48,755 nucleotides of DNA from a virus. Taxonomy: Duplodnaviria > Caudoviricetes. The stretch lies in IMG/VR virus record IMGVR_UViG_3300035670_000332, positions 1-48,755 of that record. One strand, written 5' to 3'. A model generated the notes under the pieces. That model was not told where the DNA came from. It worked only from the letters and a program-made list of their open reading frames with translations, and searched no databases. Each line of letters opens with the position of its first letter. The stretch's first letter is position 1. A program made the translations under genes and the position numbers. Below are positions 44,335 to 48,755 of the stretch, piece by piece.

Positions 44335-45123
44335 ATGTTTAAATCTAGTGGAACGAATATAGGATATAAGAATAAATATTTTAGGTCGAGCAGTTTAGAC
44401 CTTCTTGGATTAATTAAAAGTGCTGGCGCAGTATTATATTTAGATACAAGAAAAGCTACGGGAAGCGGACTTCCAACTAATTCACCTTTGACAGATCCTT
44501 GGGTTGATTTGGTTAGTGGTTCTAGTAATATAGTTACTCCAACTAATTTCGCTGGTACTATATCATCAGGAGTAGTTACGGCAAATCCAAATATTCCATA
44601 TTGGATATTAGATGGTTCAGACGATCATTTTGTAATTAATCCAAATATACTAAATATTACAACAGCACCACTTGCAGTTTTTGGTACGTTCGCTGTTCTT
44701 ACTGGGTTCTCAACTGGATATATTTTTTCAAGAAATACTGATGCAGCTTCAAATATGCAGTATGGTATATTTGTTGAAGCAACGACAAATAGAATGTCAG
44801 CAATCTTAGAAGGCGCAAACAAACAGACTTCTACAAATAATAGTATAACCGCAAATACTTGGTATAATGCAGGATTTATATGGGATGGGTCAATGGTAAA
44901 CTTGTATATTAATGGTTCTAAAAATAATACAGCTGCTGGAACATTATCAGGATCATTAACAAATAGAAATTCTACACAAATTGGATGTAGAAGAGCGGCG
45001 GCTGGTGGTATATCAACTATACTAAAAGGAACAATTGCAACTATAACTGTATATACTGGCGCACAATGCACGGAAGCAAATGTATTAAAAGCAGAAAATG
45101 CACTATCAAAAAGTTATATTTAG
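44335..45123 (+). CDS. LamG / concanavalin A-like lectin-domain virion protein
   Basis: LYLD...W.DL, LDGSDD, NTWYN....WDG..V.LYING and IG.R....LKG.I motifs. Confidence 0.8.
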   Translation: MFKSSGTNIGYKNKYFRSSSLDLLGLIKSAGAVLYLDTRKATGSGLPTNSPLTDPWVDLVSGSSNIVTPTNFAGTISSGVVTANPNIPYWILDGSDDHFVINPNILNITTAPLAVFGTFAVLTGFSTGYIFSRNTDAASNMQYGIFVEATTNRMSAILEGANKQTSTNNSITANTWYNAGFIWDGSMVNLYINGSKNNTAAGTLSGSLTNRNSTQIGCRRAAAGGISTILKGTIATITVYTGAQCTEANVLKAENALSKSYI

Positions 45124-45134
45124 GTGGTGAAAAT

Positions 45135-45356
45135 TTGAATAGATATGTATTTGCAAGTGTAGAAAATTTTAGGCAGAAAAACATTGATATTAGCACAGCT
45201 AGAAAATCACTCAATGGAGCAATTGCTTTAAAGCATATAGAATTATTGACAGACAATCAATTTAATTCAATTAGGTTTAATGAAAATTTTGAATTCCGTA
45301 GCGAAGGCGTTACAGAATTGCTTCAATCTTCTGACTGGATTGACGAGATAAAATAA
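45135..45356 (+). CDS. Hypothetical protein
   Basis: TTG start after GGTGGTG; ARKSLNG motif often seen after lectin/fibre genes. Confidence 0.55.
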   Translation: MNRYVFASVENFRQKNIDISTARKSLNGAIALKHIELLTDNQFNSIRFNENFEFRSEGVTELLQSSDWIDEIK

Positions 45357-45380
45357 TAAATATATAAGGAGTGAACATAA

Positions 45381-45668
45381 ATGTATGTTAGACCTCTTTT
45401 TAGAGAAGCTAGGGTTATACATTCAACCGTAGGTTCAACATCTGGAAGCGTGGCAAATAGTACGTTAAACAGTACGACATATCATCCTTATTTTAGTGTT
45501 ACTTTGGTTTGTAGCACAGGCGATATATGGATTAACCCAACAACTACAGCAACCACAAATGATTTTAAATTAAACGAAGGTGACTCTATAGATTTAATTG
45601 TAAAAGACACGCTTTCAACAATAGCAGATACAACTACTGCTAAATGGCAAGCTATTATTTGGAAGTAA
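45381..45668 (+). CDS. Small Ser/Thr-rich virion protein
   Basis: 95 aa, beta-rich, about 28% S+T by hand count. Confidence 0.6.
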   Translation: MYVRPLFREARVIHSTVGSTSGSVANSTLNSTTYHPYFSVTLVCSTGDIWINPTTTATTNDFKLNEGDSIDLIVKDTLSTIADTTTAKWQAIIWK

Positions 45669-45689
45669 TGCATCGAGGGTGGTGTAAAT

Positions 45690-46331
45690 ATGGCTAAAAA
45701 ACTTGGAACACAATTTAGAAAAAAATTCGTAAATGTTGCTAAGCAAATGAATGATATTGCAGTAAGAGCAAATAGTCCTTATTTTATAGATGGGTTAGAC
45801 TTTGTAAATAAGAATACAAAAATGTTAGGCTCATTTCAAGCAGCTGAAACATGGACTAGTAAAGCAGGGACGCAAGCATTTGATACAACTAATTATATTT
45901 TTGGTAGCCGTGGATTAAAAATATCTGAGGACGATAACTCAAGTAATATAATATATTCTAGCAGAGAAAGCATTTCTATTGATATGACTAAACTTGACAA
46001 TGGAGCAACTTCAACAACAGCTGATAAAATACTTGTTGCATTTTATTGTCAAGATATAACTAAAATTCTTAAAACACCGACAAACGGAATATTATTGTAT
46101 TTTTCTGCCGATGCCACAGTTGGCGGTAATAATTTTAATTATTCAATTACAGATATTGTTGACGGTTGGAATTATAAACTAATACCAAAATCATCTTTTA
46201 GCCAAGGTGGTACTGTGGATTGGGGTACTATACAAAGTATAGCGGTTGCGTGGTATACTAATACAAATGCTCAAAATGCTTATGTTACATTTGGATTATT
46301 GTGTTTGGTTGCTGCAACACCGACATTATAA
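45690..46331 (+). CDS. Carbohydrate-binding-like beta-sandwich protein
   Basis: GWNY..IP.S.F....VDW..I..I pattern. Confidence 0.5.
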   Translation: MAKKLGTQFRKKFVNVAKQMNDIAVRANSPYFIDGLDFVNKNTKMLGSFQAAETWTSKAGTQAFDTTNYIFGSRGLKISEDDNSSNIIYSSRESISIDMTKLDNGATSTTADKILVAFYCQDITKILKTPTNGILLYFSADATVGGNNFNYSITDIVDGWNYKLIPKSSFSQGGTVDWGTIQSIAVAWYTNTNAQNAYVTFGLLCLVAATPTL

Positions 46332-46337
46332 TGTGAG

Positions 46338-47900
46338 GTGATATTTTTGACTACTGCAAGAGAATTCGTAAATTCAAATATTTCAAATGCTCAATTAAAC
46401 ACATATATAACAGACAATTTAGGCATATATAATGTTAAAGATTATGGCGCTGTTGGTGATGGTACAACCGATGACTCAAGCGATATATCAACATGTGAAG
46501 GCGTTGCGGATGATGATGGCGGTATAGTGTTCTTCCCTCCCGGTACTTATGTTATAAGTGGGGATATTACAATATCATCTAACGTAACATTATGGTTTGC
46601 TGATGGCGCAAAATTATCAATAGACGCTGGAAAAACTGTGACCATAAACGGAAATATATTAGCAGGAAGACAACAAATATTTTCTGGGAGCGGTACAGTC
46701 GCAGGAAATACAAAGTTAAATGACGGCGTTTATCCTGAATGGTGGGGTGCTATAGCTGGAACTTCAACAAGTGTAACTGATGATAGCACAAGCGCAATAC
46801 AAGCAGCTTGTACATTTGCAAGCCAATGGGGAACGTTAAATAATCCTACTGTTAAACTTGCCAATGGTCATTATTTGGTTTCTGACACTATAACAGTTCC
46901 ATCTTATGTTTCAATAGCTGGTGATGGTTGGGGTAGTATTTTACTTGCAAAGGCTGCAAGTGCATCTGGTTTTAGCGTTCTAAAAGTAACTGCTGCTGAA
47001 GCTAATAATATTGTATTTAGCAATTTTGCAATTCATGGTCAAACTGCGACACAGACGCAAACAATAAATGGAATTGACTTTACAATTTTGACCACTGCTG
47101 GATATTATTGCATGATAGAAAATGTGTATATCAAAGAAATGCGTGGCAAAGGTATATATATTGGTGGTTTAGGCATGGCTAATTTTAGAATACACAATTC
47201 TATGATACGAGATAGTTATACTAATATATACGCTACATCAGTCGACCAATTGTCCATACATGATTGTGTTATAAGAAGTGCTAAAACTGGAACATATGGC
47301 ATACATTTAGATGATAGTTTTAGGGATGTTACTATTAGAGATTGCAGAGTACAAGGCAATGCAAGCCATGGAATATTTCTTGATTTACCAGCAACAACCA
47401 ACGGCGATAGAGTAAGTATTACAGATAATTACATTTCAAACAATGGAGCTTCTGGCATATATTCGTCAAAAGTCGGTGTAATGGATATTTTGGGTAATAC
47501 ATTATACGCTAATACTACTAATGGAACATATAATATAGATGCTAATTATATAAATGTCAAGAATAACACAGTTAGAATAAATGGAGAATTTGGCATTGCT
47601 TTTGTAAATGTTGACAATGGTAGCATAATGAATAATGAGGTGCGTGGAAATTCTGCTACAACAGACAACACACATGATGGCATAGCAATTTCAGACTGCG
47701 ACGATACAAATATACAAGGTAATACTGTCAGAAAATATGAAGGCTCTGGCAATGAACAGAGATATGGTATTAACGTCATTGATAATACATGTGACAGAAC
47801 ATTAGTTACTAATAATGATTTAATCAATAGCGGTAAAACTGGCACATTAAATGACGGTGGCACAAATACCAATACAACTGCTGCAAATAGAGTTGCATAA
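46338..47900 (+). CDS. Tailspike / right-handed beta-helix (pectate lyase 3-like) protein
   Basis: NVKDYGAVGDGTTDD, VFFPPGTY, YPEWWGA and many parallel beta-helix (N.I.NN...GI) repeats. Confidence 0.85.
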   Translation: MIFLTTAREFVNSNISNAQLNTYITDNLGIYNVKDYGAVGDGTTDDSSDISTCEGVADDDGGIVFFPPGTYVISGDITISSNVTLWFADGAKLSIDAGKTVTINGNILAGRQQIFSGSGTVAGNTKLNDGVYPEWWGAIAGTSTSVTDDSTSAIQAACTFASQWGTLNNPTVKLANGHYLVSDTITVPSYVSIAGDGWGSILLAKAASASGFSVLKVTAAEANNIVFSNFAIHGQTATQTQTINGIDFTILTTAGYYCMIENVYIKEMRGKGIYIGGLGMANFRIHNSMIRDSYTNIYATSVDQLSIHDCVIRSAKTGTYGIHLDDSFRDVTIRDCRVQGNASHGIFLDLPATTNGDRVSITDNYISNNGASGIYSSKVGVMDILGNTLYANTTNGTYNIDANYINVKNNTVRINGEFGIAFVNVDNGSIMNNEVRGNSATTDNTHDGIAISDCDDTNIQGNTVRKYEGSGNEQRYGINVIDNTCDRTLVTNNDLINSGKTGTLNDGGTNTNTTAANRVA

Positions 47901-47912
47901 GGTGGTGATATA

Positions 47913-48548
47913 ATGGGTGAAACATTAGGACAAGTATTGGGATATATTAATCAAGTTCTCCCAAATTCGGTTGATACTACAACACTAATTACATTTATAA
48001 ATGATGAATTAAAAGAAAATTGGTCTTACCTAACATCTACAGAATATTATCAATTTCAATTATCATCTGGCGTTCCTATATATCCCATGCCTACAAATGT
48101 AACTATGGATATGATAAATGAAAATGGGTTGCTTGTATCAGACACAACAAGCGTACCTACATCTACAGCCGAATGGAATTCATATACATTTAAGGGTGCA
48201 GATGAAGAACTTGACGGCAATAATTATGTTGAAGCTTTAGACGATATTGGAATATATCCAATTCCTGATAATGGTTATTATGCAAGGATTATATACCAAG
48301 AATATCCTACAATTATGGCTAGTACAGATACTAACACGCAGTTTAATATATCGGATGATTATATTAAATTGATTAAATTTAGAACACTTGCCAGGGTTGC
48401 AAAGTCTGGAAAATTTCCGAGAGTTGACCTTGCTAATAATTATGATGCTGATGCGATGCAAATTGAACGTAAAATGAAAGTTAATCGCAAAAATGACAAA
48501 ACAAAAACTAATCGCACTAGATTTGATTGGAGAGAATGGCGGTGGTAA
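47913..48548 (+). CDS. Head-tail adaptor protein
   Basis: 211 aa. L..FIN, Y..P and IGIYPIPD..Y..RI.Y..YP motifs; immediately upstream of the nozzle gene on the circle. Confidence 0.7.
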   Translation: MGETLGQVLGYINQVLPNSVDTTTLITFINDELKENWSYLTSTEYYQFQLSSGVPIYPMPTNVTMDMINENGLLVSDTTSVPTSTAEWNSYTFKGADEELDGNNYVEALDDIGIYPIPDNGYYARIIYQEYPTIMASTDTNTQFNISDDYIKLIKFRTLARVAKSGKFPRVDLANNYDADAMQIERKMKVNRKNDKTKTNRTRFDWREWRW

Positions 48549-48755
48549 AATGGCACAGTGGAACCCTATAAAATATAAGACTAAAAAAATATTACGTCAA
48601 TACGGTGATGGTATAAACGCATATTTACCACCTTTGGGCATAGGAGAGTCGGAATTAACTGACTCTCTTAATTGTTCGGATGATGATTACCCTTCCATTG
48701 CTGTTAGGAATGACAGACAAATATTAGAACTTCCTGCAACGTCAGAGGAAAATGC
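48548..48755. repeat. Terminal direct repeat / circular overlap, copy 2
   Basis: Duplicates 1-208 (start of the nozzle gene). Confidence 0.95.

Noticed and set aside
1-48755. tRNA, rRNA, CRISPR array, integrase, DNA polymerase, tape-measure gene
   Set aside because: None recognised by eye; a tRNAscan/HMM run would be needed to exclude divergent cases.

Overview
The window is a complete, circularly permuted genome of a low-GC Bacillota (probably Clostridia) tailed phage. The unit length is about 48,547 bp; 1-208 recurs at 48548-48755 with one mismatch. Gene content is podovirus-like: TerS, intein-containing TerL, P22-type portal, scaffold, major capsid, decoration/fibre proteins, beta-helix tailspike, adaptor, nozzle, two large ejection proteins, holin and amidase, with no tape-measure or tail-tube gene. 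The replication module has RecT/Bet, SSB, replisome organizer, helicase loader and RusA, and there are ThyX and MazG-like nucleotide genes. I recognise no integrase or CI repressor. The standout feature is a six-gene nonulosonic (sialic) acid cassette between terL and portal. It encodes a 2-hydroxyacid dehydrogenase, a SAM methyltransferase, NeuB, a CstII/Maf-like transferase candidate, NeuC and NeuA. The outer virion proteins carry many adjacent Ser/Thr pairs. Together these suggest a phage-encoded virion O-sialylation system (inference, untested). Other notable items are a class 3 (Ala1, WCT) intein in the TerL Walker A motif and a divergent AcrIII-1/YddF-like gene in a cluster of near-identical strong promoters. 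There is also a dif-geometry palindrome, a hairpin hiding the terL ribosome-binding site, and an ERF gene remnant trapped between 84-bp direct repeats. All family calls come from motif recognition by eye; no searches were run.
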